DNA of 64,000 nt from assembly GCA_002304995.1 (NCBI GenBank), contig DBPV01000044.1, positions 10,072-74,071 on the forward strand. The letters are read 5' to 3'. Below, one piece after another: positions 46,231-55,139 of the stretch (position 1 is the stretch's first letter; each line of letters starts with the position of its first letter). Both the position numbers and the translations under genes were made by a program. The notes under the pieces are model-generated. The model made no database searches and was not told the DNA's origin. It saw nothing but the letters and a program-made list of their open reading frames with translations. The stretch is from Syntrophaceae bacterium UBA1411. Its GTDB lineage: Bacteria; Desulfobacterota; Syntrophia; Syntrophales; Smithellaceae.

Positions 46231-48072
46231 ATGATACTGGACAGGACACCGGAAAAGGACAAAGCCGGACCGGCGGATTTCTGCCCCGCCACGGATCTTC
46301 AGCATGCCGAGGCCGCGCTGCGCGCCAGCGAGGAAAAATACCGGACGATTCTGGAAGATATCGACGAAGGCTATTTCGAAATCGACCTCAAGGGAAACTT
46401 CACGTTTGTCAATGACGTTTTATGCCGTGACCTGGGATATCCGCGCCGGGAATTGATCGGAATGAACTACCGGCAGTACATGGAAAACAGCATGGCCAGA
46501 ATGTCCCAGACAGTCTTTGCGGAGCTTTACGCCGCAGGACAAGCGTCCGGCCGGTATGAAGGAGAATTCATTGAAAAGAGCGGCGCGAAGCATTTCTGTG
46601 AAGTTTCCGTCTCCCTTTTGCGCGATGTTCGGGGCCGGCCGATCGGATTCCGGGGGCTTTCGCGGAACATCACCAAGCGCAAACGCTCCGAAGAAGCCCT
46701 GAGACATAACGAGTATTTTCTGCGCAAATCCCAGGAAGTTGCAAGGCTCGGCTCCTTCGATTTCCACGTTAAAACCGGTTTGTGGATCAGTTCTCCCACC
46801 CTCGACAATCTTCTGGGGATCGGCAAGGATTACATCAAGAACGTCCGGGGCTGGTTTGGGCTCATTCATCCGGACGATCGGGAAGAGTTGAAAAGCGACC
46901 TGGAGCAGGGCCTCGCCCGGAAACTTCCGCTCGTCGAAAAGGAGTTTCGCGTTCTCCGGAACTGCGACGGCCGGGAGCTCTGGGTTCGGTACAGAGGCGA
47001 AGCAACGTTCGACCAAAACGGCGCCCCGGAGCGGCTGATCGGCACCATTCAGGATATCACCGAACACAGGCTCATGCAGAAGAAGCTTATCGAGAGCGAA
47101 CAGAAGTACCGCTCCATCGTGGAAAACGCCCAGGAAGGCATTTTTCACGCTGCGCCCCGCGAGCGGCCGCTTTCCGCCAATGCCGCGTTTGCCGCTCTTC
47201 TCGGCTACGATTCGCCGGAAGACCTCGCCCGCAGCGTTGCGAGCATCGCCGGCCAGATTTACGTCCATCCCGACGAGTATCACGCGGTCCTGAAAAAAGT
47301 CCGCGAAGAAGGCGGCGTCAAAGACTACGAGACCCAGTTCTACCGCAAAGACCAGAGCCGCATCTGGATTCGGATGAGCGTCAGCGCGGTCCGGGACGCC
47401 CAGGGCCGTCTGGTCTCCTACCACGGCTTCGTGGAAGACATCACCCCCTGGAAAAAACTGGAGCAGGAACGGCAGGACAACATCAACAGCCTGCGCAAGT
47501 CGCTCGGGGCGACGATCCGGGCCATGTCCGCGACGATCGAGGCCCGCGATCCCTACACCGCCGGACACCAGCGCCGGGTGGCCGATCTGGCCCGCGCCGT
47601 CGCCACGGAAATGAACCTCTCCCGCGACCAGATCGACGGCATCCGCCTGGCCGGCATGATCCACGACGTGGGCAAGATTTCCGTTCCTTCCGAAATCCTG
47701 ACCAAGCCGACGACGCTCACCGCCCTGGAAATGAAAATGATCAGACTGCACGCGGAAGCGGGCTACAACATCCTCAAAAGCATCGACTTCCCCTGGCCGA
47801 TCGCCCGGATGGTCCGGGAACATCACGAACGCATCGACGGATCCGGCTATCCGTTCGGACTTCCGGGAAAAGACATTCTGTTGGAATCGAAAATACTCGC
47901 CATTGCGGATGTTGTGGAAGCCATTTCCTCGCACCGCCCCTACCGCCCGTCCCTGGGCATCGGTACGGCGCTGGAGGAAATCGAACGCAACGCCGGCGTC
48001 CTCTACGACGAAACGGCGGCTCGCGCCTGTTTGAAAATCTTCCGGGAAAACCGCTACCGGATGCCGGAATAA
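46231..48072 (+). CDS. multi-PAS sensor with C-terminal HD-GYP domain (c-di-GMP phosphodiesterase type)
   Basis: Three PAS-like units (EEKYRTILE, ESEQKYRSIVENAQEG). HD-GYP core HQRRVA..MIHDVGKI..HHERIDGSGYPFGL. Confidence 0.85.
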   Translation: MILDRTPEKDKAGPADFCPATDLQHAEAALRASEEKYRTILEDIDEGYFEIDLKGNFTFVNDVLCRDLGYPRRELIGMNYRQYMENSMARMSQTVFAELYAAGQASGRYEGEFIEKSGAKHFCEVSVSLLRDVRGRPIGFRGLSRNITKRKRSEEALRHNEYFLRKSQEVARLGSFDFHVKTGLWISSPTLDNLLGIGKDYIKNVRGWFGLIHPDDREELKSDLEQGLARKLPLVEKEFRVLRNCDGRELWVRYRGEATFDQNGAPERLIGTIQDITEHRLMQKKLIESEQKYRSIVENAQEGIFHAAPRERPLSANAAFAALLGYDSPEDLARSVASIAGQIYVHPDEYHAVLKKVREEGGVKDYETQFYRKDQSRIWIRMSVSAVRDAQGRLVSYHGFVEDITPWKKLEQERQDNINSLRKSLGATIRAMSATIEARDPYTAGHQRRVADLARAVATEMNLSRDQIDGIRLAGMIHDVGKISVPSEILTKPTTLTALEMKMIRLHAEAGYNILKSIDFPWPIARMVREHHERIDGSGYPFGLPGKDILLESKILAIADVVEAISSHRPYRPSLGIGTALEEIERNAGVLYDETAARACLKIFRENRYRMPE

Positions 48073-48118
48073 AAGGTCGCCGATACAGAAAAACCGTCCA
48101 CCGACCGGCCCGCTTGTC

Positions 48119-48673
48119 CTATCCCAACAACGCGGCGTGGCTGAGCGGAACGGACGGCTCCTGCCGCAGTCTGAAGCCTGCCCTTTGCGCCGCGGCGGTT
48201 TCACCGGCAAATTGTGAACGGGAAACATGAAGCTTGGGCTCCGCCAGAAGCAAGCGCCCCGCCGGTTTCAGGGCGGCGCGCAGCTGCCGGAAGAACCTTT
48301 CTGTCTCAGGAACTTCATGAACCATCCAGAAGGCCAGAATAAAATCCACCGGATCTCCCGCATAAATTTCGCCGGGGGCGGACAGGTGAAGTACGATCCG
48401 GTCGCGCACGCCCGCGCGACCGGCGCGCGTTGCAATGCCGCGAAGCATCGCTTCCTGGATATCGGCGGCAATGACCCGGCCTCCGGCGCCGACGCGCTTT
48501 GCCGCCGGAATTGTAAAGTAACCGATGCCCGGCCCCACATCCAGCACCGTATCCCCCTGCCCGACGTAGGGACTGATGATCCGGTCCGGATCCTGAACCA
48601 GGCGCCGGAAAGCGTTATCAAAGGTGAAGCACAGCCAGCGGGGACAAAGCCCGTGCTTCCGGAAAAAAATCAT
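48119..48673 (-). CDS. class I SAM-dependent methyltransferase
   Basis: VLDVGPGIGYFT motif I, then AADIQEAML. Start is ATG 48673 (MIFFRK) or 48736. Confidence 0.75.
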   Translation of the reverse strand: MIFFRKHGLCPRWLCFTFDNAFRRLVQDPDRIISPYVGQGDTVLDVGPGIGYFTIPAAKRVGAGGRVIAADIQEAMLRGIATRAGRAGVRDRIVLHLSAPGEIYAGDPVDFILAFWMVHEVPETERFFRQLRAALKPAGRLLLAEPKLHVSRSQFAGETAAAQRAGFRLRQEPSVPLSHAALLG

Positions 48674-48728
48674 ATCAGCCAGTTTGCTCACGGCGCATCC
48701 TGTCGGGTCCGTTCTTCCGCCCGGAAAT

Positions 48729-49490
48729 TCAGGCAACGGCCAGCCCCCTGCTTCTCAGGTAGTCTTTGACGTCCTGAATCCGGAGCAGTCGGAAATGAAA
48801 AACGGACGCCGCGAGCAAAATGGACGCACCGCCGGCAACGGCCGCTTCGTAAAAGTCTTCCAGCTTTCCCGCGCCGCCGGACGCCACGACCGGCACGCTG
48901 ACGGCGGACGAAATCGCCCGGGTGAAGGGAATGTCGTAGCCCGCTTTGGTGCCGTCTCCGTCCATGCTGGTCGGCAAAATCACGCCCGCGCCCAGCTCCT
49001 GGCAGGTTCTGGCCCAGGCGACCGCGTCTTTGGCGATGGGCAGCGTACCGCCGGAAACCACCAGCTCAAATCCCGACGGCATGGCCGCGTTTCTTTTGGC
49101 GTCGACGGCGACGGTGATTTTTTCCGCGCCGAATTTCGCCGCCGCCAGCTTCACCAGCTCGGGATTTTTCACCGCGGCGCTGTTCATGGACACCTTGCTG
49201 GCCCCCGCATCGAACACCATTTCAATATCCTCCAGCGAAGCGATGCCGCCGCCGACGGTCAGCGGAATGCGGATGACGGAAGAGACATTCCTCACCCATT
49301 CCAGGCGCGTCTTGCGGTTTTCGAGCGTGGCGGCAATGTCCAGCATCGCCAGTTCGTCCGCTCCTTCAGCCTGATAGAAAGCGGCGTTTTCCACCGGATC
49401 GCCCGCTTCCCGGATATCGACAAAATGAACCCCCTTCACCACCCTTCCGTTTTTCATATCCAGACAGGGCATGATCCTGATCGGCTCCAT
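48729..49490 (-). CDS. hisF: imidazole glycerol phosphate synthase cyclase subunit HisF
   Basis: RIMPCLDMKNGRVVKG, GADELAMLDI, PLTVGGGI, VAVDAK, VASGGAG, AASVFHF. ATG at 49490 follows AAAGGAGAA. Confidence 0.9.
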   Translation of the reverse strand: MEPIRIMPCLDMKNGRVVKGVHFVDIREAGDPVENAAFYQAEGADELAMLDIAATLENRKTRLEWVRNVSSVIRIPLTVGGGIASLEDIEMVFDAGASKVSMNSAAVKNPELVKLAAAKFGAEKITVAVDAKRNAAMPSGFELVVSGGTLPIAKDAVAWARTCQELGAGVILPTSMDGDGTKAGYDIPFTRAISSAVSVPVVASGGAGKLEDFYEAAVAGGASILLAASVFHFRLLRIQDVKDYLRSRGLAVA

Positions 49491-49520
49491 GCAATTCTCC
49501 TTTCGCACATCTGTTTTGAA

Positions 49521-49541
49521 TCGGCTCTGCCTCAGAGCCGA
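49521..49541. other. 9-bp stem-loop in the hisF leader / divergent intergenic region
   Basis: TCGGCTCTG, loop CCT, CAGAGCCGA, 31 nt upstream of the hisF ATG. Confidence 0.4.
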
Positions 49542-49701
49542 CACGCTTTTTAAACCGAACTTTTTAAATTTACAACCGAAATGTACAAAAACGAAGCGTC
49601 GCCGGAACTTTTTTGTCCATTTTTTCATTACCGCTTGAAACGCCGGGCGATTTCGTTTAAACATCTTTGCATTCTATTTAACGATCAAAGGAGCCGCCGC
49701 C

Positions 49702-50667
49702 ATGAAAATGAAAGAAATCAAAGCCAGCACCATGAATGTGGAGAAATTTATCGACGATAAAGTCCGGAATATCCGCAACGCCGTGGGCAACGGCCTCGCC
49801 GTCAACGCGCTCTCGGGCGGCGTGGACTCCTGCGTCGTCACCGCCCTGGGACACAAGGCGCTGGGCAGCCGCCTGAAAACCTACATGATCGACAACGGCA
49901 TCATGCGCGAAAATGAGCCGGCGCAAGTGGCGGCCGCCTTCAAAAAACTGGGCATTGCCGTGGAGGTCATCGACGCATCCAAAGCCTTTTTTGCCGCGCT
50001 TCAGGGACTGACCGATCCCGAGGAAAAAAGAGAAGCCATCACGCAAACCTTTTACAAAAACGTTTTCGGCAAGCTCGTCGTTAAAAGCAAAGCCCAATAC
50101 CTTCTGCAGGGCACCATCCTCACCGACGTGGATGAAACCGTCGCCGGCATCAAACGCCAGCACAACGTCTTCGAACAGCTGGGCATCGATCCGCAAAAAG
50201 CGTTCGGCTACAAGATTCTGGAACCGCTCATTGAGCTGCGCAAGGACGGCGTGCGCAAAGCCGGCGCCGGCCTGGGCCTGCCTGCCGCGATGTTCGACCG
50301 GATCCCCTTTCCGGGACCGGCGCTCGCCGCCCGCGTGATCGGGGAGGTCACACCCGCCAGGATCGCCCTGGTGAGAAAAGCCACGGCCATCACCGAAGCG
50401 GCGCTCAAAAATACGAAGGCGTTCCAGTACCTGGCAATACTGCATGAAGACCGCGTCACCGGCATGCGCGACGGAAAGCGCGTCTTCGGCAACCAGATCG
50501 AAATCCGCTCCTGGGACAGCACCGACGCGCGCAAGGCAAGTCCCTCCCGGCTGTCCTTCGACGTGCTCGAAAAGATCGCCGCAAAAATCACCAAAGAGCT
50601 TCCGGAGGTCGTCAGCGTCACTTACAACATCACGTCCAAGCCGACCTCCACCATCGAAGCCATTTAA
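49702..50667 (+). CDS. GMP-synthase subunit-B-like PP-loop ATP pyrophosphatase (no glutaminase domain)
   Basis: PP-loop NALSGGVDS, LLQGTILTDV, IKRQHNV, EPL..LRKDGVR, PFPGPALAAR. It ends NITSKPTSTIEAI where GuaA-type proteins end ..KPPATIEWE (from memory). Confidence 0.8.
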   Translation: MKMKEIKASTMNVEKFIDDKVRNIRNAVGNGLAVNALSGGVDSCVVTALGHKALGSRLKTYMIDNGIMRENEPAQVAAAFKKLGIAVEVIDASKAFFAALQGLTDPEEKREAITQTFYKNVFGKLVVKSKAQYLLQGTILTDVDETVAGIKRQHNVFEQLGIDPQKAFGYKILEPLIELRKDGVRKAGAGLGLPAAMFDRIPFPGPALAARVIGEVTPARIALVRKATAITEAALKNTKAFQYLAILHEDRVTGMRDGKRVFGNQIEIRSWDSTDARKASPSRLSFDVLEKIAAKITKELPEVVSVTYNITSKPTSTIEAI

Positions 50668-50674
50668 AATCCCT

Positions 50675-50705
50675 GGCCCCGGCGAAACCGCCTTTCGCCG
50701 GGGCC
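50675..50705 (+). other. 13-bp GC-rich intercistronic stem-loop
   Basis: GGCCCCGGCGAAA, loop CCGCC, TTTCGCCGGGGCC, between the PP-loop gene stop and the next ATG. No T-run follows. Confidence 0.5.
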
Positions 50706-50719
50706 GGAAACGGAGCGCC

Positions 50720-51931
50720 ATGAGCGACAAACCTTCCTGCGGCCCGTTGCAGGGCATCCGGATTCTCGATCTGACCCGGCTTTATCCGGGCCCCCTGGGC
50801 ACGATGCTGCTTGCCGACATGGGCGCCGACGTCGTCAAGATCGAGGATGTGAACGCGCCGGACTATATGCGCTACTACCCTCCTTACCTGGAAAAGGAAT
50901 CGGCGGGTTTCCTCGCCGTCAACCGCTCCAAGCGCTCCCTGGCCGTCAATCTCCGCACGGAAAAAGGCGTCAAAATATTTTTCGCGCTTTTGCCGACGGC
51001 GGACATCGTCATCGAACAATTCCGGCCCGGCGTCCTCGACGGCCTGGGCATCGGCTATGCGGCGGCCAAAAGCGTCAAACCGGACATCATCTACGTCTCG
51101 CTCACCGGCTACGGCCAGGACGGCCCTTACGCCGCCCGGGCGGCGCACGACATCAACTTTATCGGCTACGCCGGCATTCTGGCGTCCACCGGCGCCCCGT
51201 CAACCGGCCCCGTTGTGCCCGCGCCGCAGCTGGGCGATGTGGCAGGAGGGGCCTACATGTCGGTGATCGCCTGTCTGTCCGCGCTCTGGGCCAGGGGAAA
51301 AACCGGACAGGGGCAGCAGGTGGACGTGGCCATGCTCGACGGCGTCCTGCCGCTCATGACGCTGCAGATGGCGCATTATCAGGCGACAAAGCTCAACATG
51401 GGGCCCGGCGAACAACCCCTCTCCGGCGGCCTGGCCTGCTATGGCGTGTATGCCTGCGCCGACGGCCGGTATGTTGCGCTGGGGTTGCTGGAGGCGAAAT
51501 TCTGGAAGCTCTTCTGCGATCTGGTCCAGCGCCCCGACTGGCTGGACAAGCACCTGGTGATGGGAGAAGAAGCGGAGAGCCTGCGCCGGGAAATCGCCGC
51601 GCTGTTTCGGACGAAATCCCGGGACGAATGGCTCGCCGCCACAAAGGACCTGGATGTCTGCCTCACGCCCGTTTGCGACCTTGCGGAGCTGGAAAACGAT
51701 CCGCACCTCCGGGCCCGCCGGATGATTTGCGAAGAGGAACATCCCGTCTGCGGAAAAATCAAGGGCATCGGCGTACCGCTGAAATTTTCGGGCACGCCCG
51801 CCCGGCCCTCAGGCACAGCGCCCGCGCTGGGTCGGGATACGCAAGCCCTCCTCGAGGAAATCGGCTATGACGTCCGCGACATCGCGCCGCTTTGCCGGGA
51901 AGGCATCGTCGTCGTTTCCGATTCCGGTTGA
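50720..51931 (+). CDS. family III CoA-transferase fold protein, alpha-methylacyl-CoA racemase-like
   Basis: ATG at 50720 (MSDKPSCGPLQGIRILDLT). LADMGADVVKIE, AAHDINFIGYAGIL and QLGDVAGG resemble the racemase HDINY / D..GG motifs. The track ORF start at 50444 lies inside the previous gene. Confidence 0.8.
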   Translation: MSDKPSCGPLQGIRILDLTRLYPGPLGTMLLADMGADVVKIEDVNAPDYMRYYPPYLEKESAGFLAVNRSKRSLAVNLRTEKGVKIFFALLPTADIVIEQFRPGVLDGLGIGYAAAKSVKPDIIYVSLTGYGQDGPYAARAAHDINFIGYAGILASTGAPSTGPVVPAPQLGDVAGGAYMSVIACLSALWARGKTGQGQQVDVAMLDGVLPLMTLQMAHYQATKLNMGPGEQPLSGGLACYGVYACADGRYVALGLLEAKFWKLFCDLVQRPDWLDKHLVMGEEAESLRREIAALFRTKSRDEWLAATKDLDVCLTPVCDLAELENDPHLRARRMICEEEHPVCGKIKGIGVPLKFSGTPARPSGTAPALGRDTQALLEEIGYDVRDIAPLCREGIVVVSDSG

Positions 51932-51967
51932 CGGACAGCGTTTTGTGGCCCGGCCTTTCTTACACGC

Positions 51968-52000
51968 AAAAAGGGAGGAACGGGTCGTCCCGTTCCTCCC
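51968..52000 (-). terminator. intrinsic terminator after the minus-strand binding-protein gene (hairpin shared with the convergent gene)
   Basis: GGGAGGAACGGG, loop TCGT, CCCGTTCCTCCC (12 bp). On the minus strand it is followed by TTTTT. Confidence 0.7.
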
Positions 52001-52032
52001 TGATGCATTTCGTAAGAACCGAATCTGCGCGT

Positions 52033-53280
52033 CTAGCGTTTCAGCCAGTAAACCGGGTTCGTCCCGCCGCCCACAGCACTCTGAACTACGAGCTTGTCAA
52101 ATTCTTTCTGGGTTTTCGGCCACCAGGCATAAAGCACCGACGGATCGGATTTGCCCTTGGTGACGGTCTGCACGGACGCCATGATGAGCATGCGCCCCGC
52201 ATCGGTTACACCGTAAGCCGCATTCGGATATTTATCGCCCAGCATGGGCGGATCGAGCGCCTTGGGAAAGGCGGCCCGGATTTTATACACGTCGTCCACG
52301 GTGCCCGCGACGACGATCGCCTTGGCCAGCGCATGCATGCCGGTGTAATTCAGCGCGCATTCCCAGGTCACCATGCGCTTGTAGGTCGACGTATATTTTT
52401 TGTCGAAGGTTTTGGCGCCTTCAAACGGAATGCTCACGACACCGGCCGTGCCGATCAGGTCCCCCATAATCTTGGTGCCCTTGAGCAGCACGGCGATGTA
52501 ATCCTGCTTGGCCTGATCGACCAGCATGAAGCCGCCCTTGTAGCCCATGCTTCTGGCCTGTTCGATGACCAGCGCCGTCGTGGCGGAAGGTCCGCCGATC
52601 AGCATGACGTCCGGCTTGGTGGCGATCGAGGCGGCCAGCTGGGAGGAAAAGTCGGTTTCCGTGTAATAATTGGCCGGCTTGTCCGCTGTAATCACGCCGC
52701 CTCGTTTTTGATAATATTCCTTGAAGCCGGTCCGCCACTCATCGCCGTAAGCTCCGAGCGTGACCACCATGGCGCATTTTTTCCAGCCTTTTTTCAGGGC
52801 CCACTCCGCAAACACCTGCACGTAGGTGGTAAAGTCAACTGTCGTATCAATCATCAGCTTGTTGCCGAGATATTCGACCTTGGGGGTGCTGGTATAGGCC
52901 ATCACGATGAACTCGTTGTCCTTTTCCTCGTTGATTTTCATCATGGGCGCGATGGTGTTGAAAACACCGTTGAAGACGGCAATGGCCTTGTTCTGCCTGA
53001 ACCGGCGGGCGTTGTTCACCGCCTGCGTCGGATCCACCCGGTCGTCGAGTTTGTCCAGCCGGAACGTATACCTTTTGCCCTTCACCGTAATGCCGCCGGC
53101 CGCGTTGAGCTCTTTGACGGCCATATCGACGCCGTTAAAGATGTCCTGCCCGTATTCCGCCGCCGGTCCGGAAAGCGGCCCGGTGTATCCGATAACGATC
53201 TCGTCAGCCCGAGCGTTTCCCATCCAGGACACAACAAAAACAGCGGCAACCATACAAATCAGCATTTTCCAATACTTCAT
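52033..53280 (-). CDS. ABC transporter substrate-binding protein, LivJ/Peripla_BP_6 type
   Basis: ATG at 53280 follows AAGGAGGGG. Signal peptide, then EIVIGYTGPLSGPAAEYGQD, typical of the branched-chain/aromatic-acid binding family. Confidence 0.85.
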   Translation of the reverse strand: MKYWKMLICMVAAVFVVSWMGNARADEIVIGYTGPLSGPAAEYGQDIFNGVDMAVKELNAAGGITVKGKRYTFRLDKLDDRVDPTQAVNNARRFRQNKAIAVFNGVFNTIAPMMKINEEKDNEFIVMAYTSTPKVEYLGNKLMIDTTVDFTTYVQVFAEWALKKGWKKCAMVVTLGAYGDEWRTGFKEYYQKRGGVITADKPANYYTETDFSSQLAASIATKPDVMLIGGPSATTALVIEQARSMGYKGGFMLVDQAKQDYIAVLLKGTKIMGDLIGTAGVVSIPFEGAKTFDKKYTSTYKRMVTWECALNYTGMHALAKAIVVAGTVDDVYKIRAAFPKALDPPMLGDKYPNAAYGVTDAGRMLIMASVQTVTKGKSDPSVLYAWWPKTQKEFDKLVVQSAVGGGTNPVYWLKR

Positions 53281-53544
53281 TCTCAGCCCCTCCTTGATTT
53301 TTATTGATCTCGCCTTTTGACGTCGGCAAACAAACACCTGTCTGACTAAAAAAACTTTTTTTGTTTAACTGACGCAAAAAAGAAGACCTGTCAATGATGG
53401 AGTGAAGGCTGCCGCCGCGAAAACATAAAAATTTCACAGGCCTGACTTTTGATGCCGACGGGATCATTGCAGAAATATCGTGACTGTCGTCCTGTAAATA
53501 TCTGCCGGTCATTTTATGAAAACGGTGCGGGCCGGGAAATAATC

Positions 53545-54345
53545 CTATCCCATGACAATGCCGCCGTCGATGCTGATGGACTGGCCGGTAATGCTCCTGG
53601 CCTCGTGGGAGGCCAAAAACGCCACCAGACCGGCGATTTCTGCGGCGGTCTGCGGGCGCCGCAGAGGTGTGACGGCCTTGACCCGCGCTTCGAAAATTTC
53701 CTGAAGACTCATATCTGCGTAAGCCGGCTGAATCTCTTTGACCGCCTGCGCCAGCTTTTCCCAGCCCGGCGTAAACACATAACCGGGACAGACGGCGTTG
53801 ACGGTGATGTTGTGGCGCGCCAGCTCCCTGGCCAGCGTCTCGGTAAAGCCGATCACGCCGAATTTGGCCGCACAGTAAGCGGAGAGCAGCTGCTCCCCCT
53901 GCTTGCCGGACACGGAGGACATGTTGATGATCCGCCCCTGTTTGCGCGGAATCATGAGCCGGGCGGCGGCGCGGCAGCACAGATACACGCTGCGTAAATT
54001 GAGTTCAATCGTCTGATCCCAGTCTTCGAGGCGGGACTTCGCCACAAGCGCAATGCCCGATCCTCCGCCCACGTTGTTGACCAGAATATCGACGGCGCCG
54101 TAGATCTGCACGGCCTTCTCCATGAGGGCGTCGACCGCTTCCGGATTCGTGGCATCGCAGACGACGGCCAGCGCGTCTCCGCCGCTGGCCGAAATCGCCT
54201 TCGCAACTCTTTTTGCCGCCTCCGGATCCAAATCCGCCACAACCACCTTTGCTCCCTCCGCGTTCAGACGCACGGCAACAGCCTCGCCGATGCCCGATCC
54301 TCCGCCGGTAACGACGCTGATCTTACCTTGAATGCCCAGATCCAT
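53545..54345 (-). CDS. SDR-family oxidoreductase (FabG-like)
   Basis: TGGGSGIGEA, NNVG, and MSSVSG...YCAAK catalytic Ser-Tyr-Lys. ATG at 54345 follows GAAGGAG. Confidence 0.9.
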   Translation of the reverse strand: MDLGIQGKISVVTGGGSGIGEAVAVRLNAEGAKVVVADLDPEAAKRVAKAISASGGDALAVVCDATNPEAVDALMEKAVQIYGAVDILVNNVGGGSGIALVAKSRLEDWDQTIELNLRSVYLCCRAAARLMIPRKQGRIINMSSVSGKQGEQLLSAYCAAKFGVIGFTETLARELARHNITVNAVCPGYVFTPGWEKLAQAVKEIQPAYADMSLQEIFEARVKAVTPLRRPQTAAEIAGLVAFLASHEARSITGQSISIDGGIVMG

Positions 54346-55000
54346 TTTTTCGCTCCTTCTTAAATGATTTACGTTTTGCAGAAGCCGCCGCAACCGTTGC
54401 CGCCGCCTGCGGCGGTCCGGCCAGGCGCTCCAGAACCAGGTCGAGGATTTTTTGCAGTCCCGCCCGGTTGATTTTTTCCCGGTCGTCCTTGATTTGCTCT
54501 TCCATCGCAAGCTGCACCACACCGCGAATCATCCAGGTCATATGTCCCGCATTTCCGGGCAGAAATTCTTCCGACGCGATGCCTTCCTCGATAAGTTTCC
54601 TGATGGCCGCGTGAAACTTGACATGGTAGGCAATGAAATCACAGTAGGGCGCTCCTTCGGACGGACCGTAATAAACCGCAAACATCAGCCGGAAAAAATC
54701 CTTGTCGTCGATAACGAACTGAAAAAACTTGTCGACCAGATTTCTGAGACGCTGTGCGGCGCCGGCGGCCGTGTCGGCGTGCGTGGAGATGGCTTCGTCG
54801 ATCATCGCGCAGTGCGTCTGCATCAGCTCCAGATAGAGCCCCTCCTTGTTGCCGAAATAGTAGTATAATGTCGGCGCGGTGATGCCCGCCGCGTCCAGAA
54901 TCTCCCGCACCGACGCGGCCGCATATCCCTTGCGCGTAAACAGCGCCAGCGCCGCATCCAGGATCTGCCGGCGGCTGTCGGTTCCTGTATGTCGTATCAT
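54323..55000 (-). CDS. TetR/AcrR-family transcriptional regulator
   Basis: HTH region RRQILDAALALFTRKGYAAASVREILDAAGITAPTLYYYFGNKEGL. ATG at 55000 follows GAGGAAA. The 3' end overlaps the SDR start by 23 nt. Confidence 0.9.
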   Translation of the reverse strand: MIRHTGTDSRRQILDAALALFTRKGYAAASVREILDAAGITAPTLYYYFGNKEGLYLELMQTHCAMIDEAISTHADTAAGAAQRLRNLVDKFFQFVIDDKDFFRLMFAVYYGPSEGAPYCDFIAYHVKFHAAIRKLIEEGIASEEFLPGNAGHMTWMIRGVVQLAMEEQIKDDREKINRAGLQKILDLVLERLAGPPQAAATVAAASAKRKSFKKERKNGSGHSR

Positions 55001-55039
55001 GGATTTCCTCAATTGCCAGAACCCCGTTTCATTTTCATC

Positions 55040-55069
55040 TTGACACCGTTTTACCGAATTTTATATAAT
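55040..55069 (+). promoter_or_regulatory. near-consensus sigma70 promoter for the uptake/CoA-transferase operon
   Basis: TTGACA (55040-55045), an 18-nt spacer, then TATAAT (55064-55069), 70 nt before the ATG at 55140. Confidence 0.6.
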
Positions 55070-55082
55070 GAGCGCTATATAA
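55061..55082. promoter_or_regulatory. inverted repeat overlapping the -10 box (candidate TetR operator)
   Basis: TTATATA, an 8-nt spacer (ATGAGCGC), then TATATAA. The arms are exact reverse complements. Confidence 0.35.
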
Positions 55083-55139
55083 GTCACACGAAAAGTTCTT
55101 GTCAAGATAAAAAAACTTAGGGAACAGGGGGTTATCATT

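Noticed and set aside
46420-48228. 602-aa minus-strand ORF and 482-aa plus-strand ORF (46782..48230) overlapping the HD-GYP gene.
   Set aside because: Only the 46231..48072 frame gives PAS and HD-GYP motifs. The other two are Arg/Pro/Gly-rich frames with no motifs.
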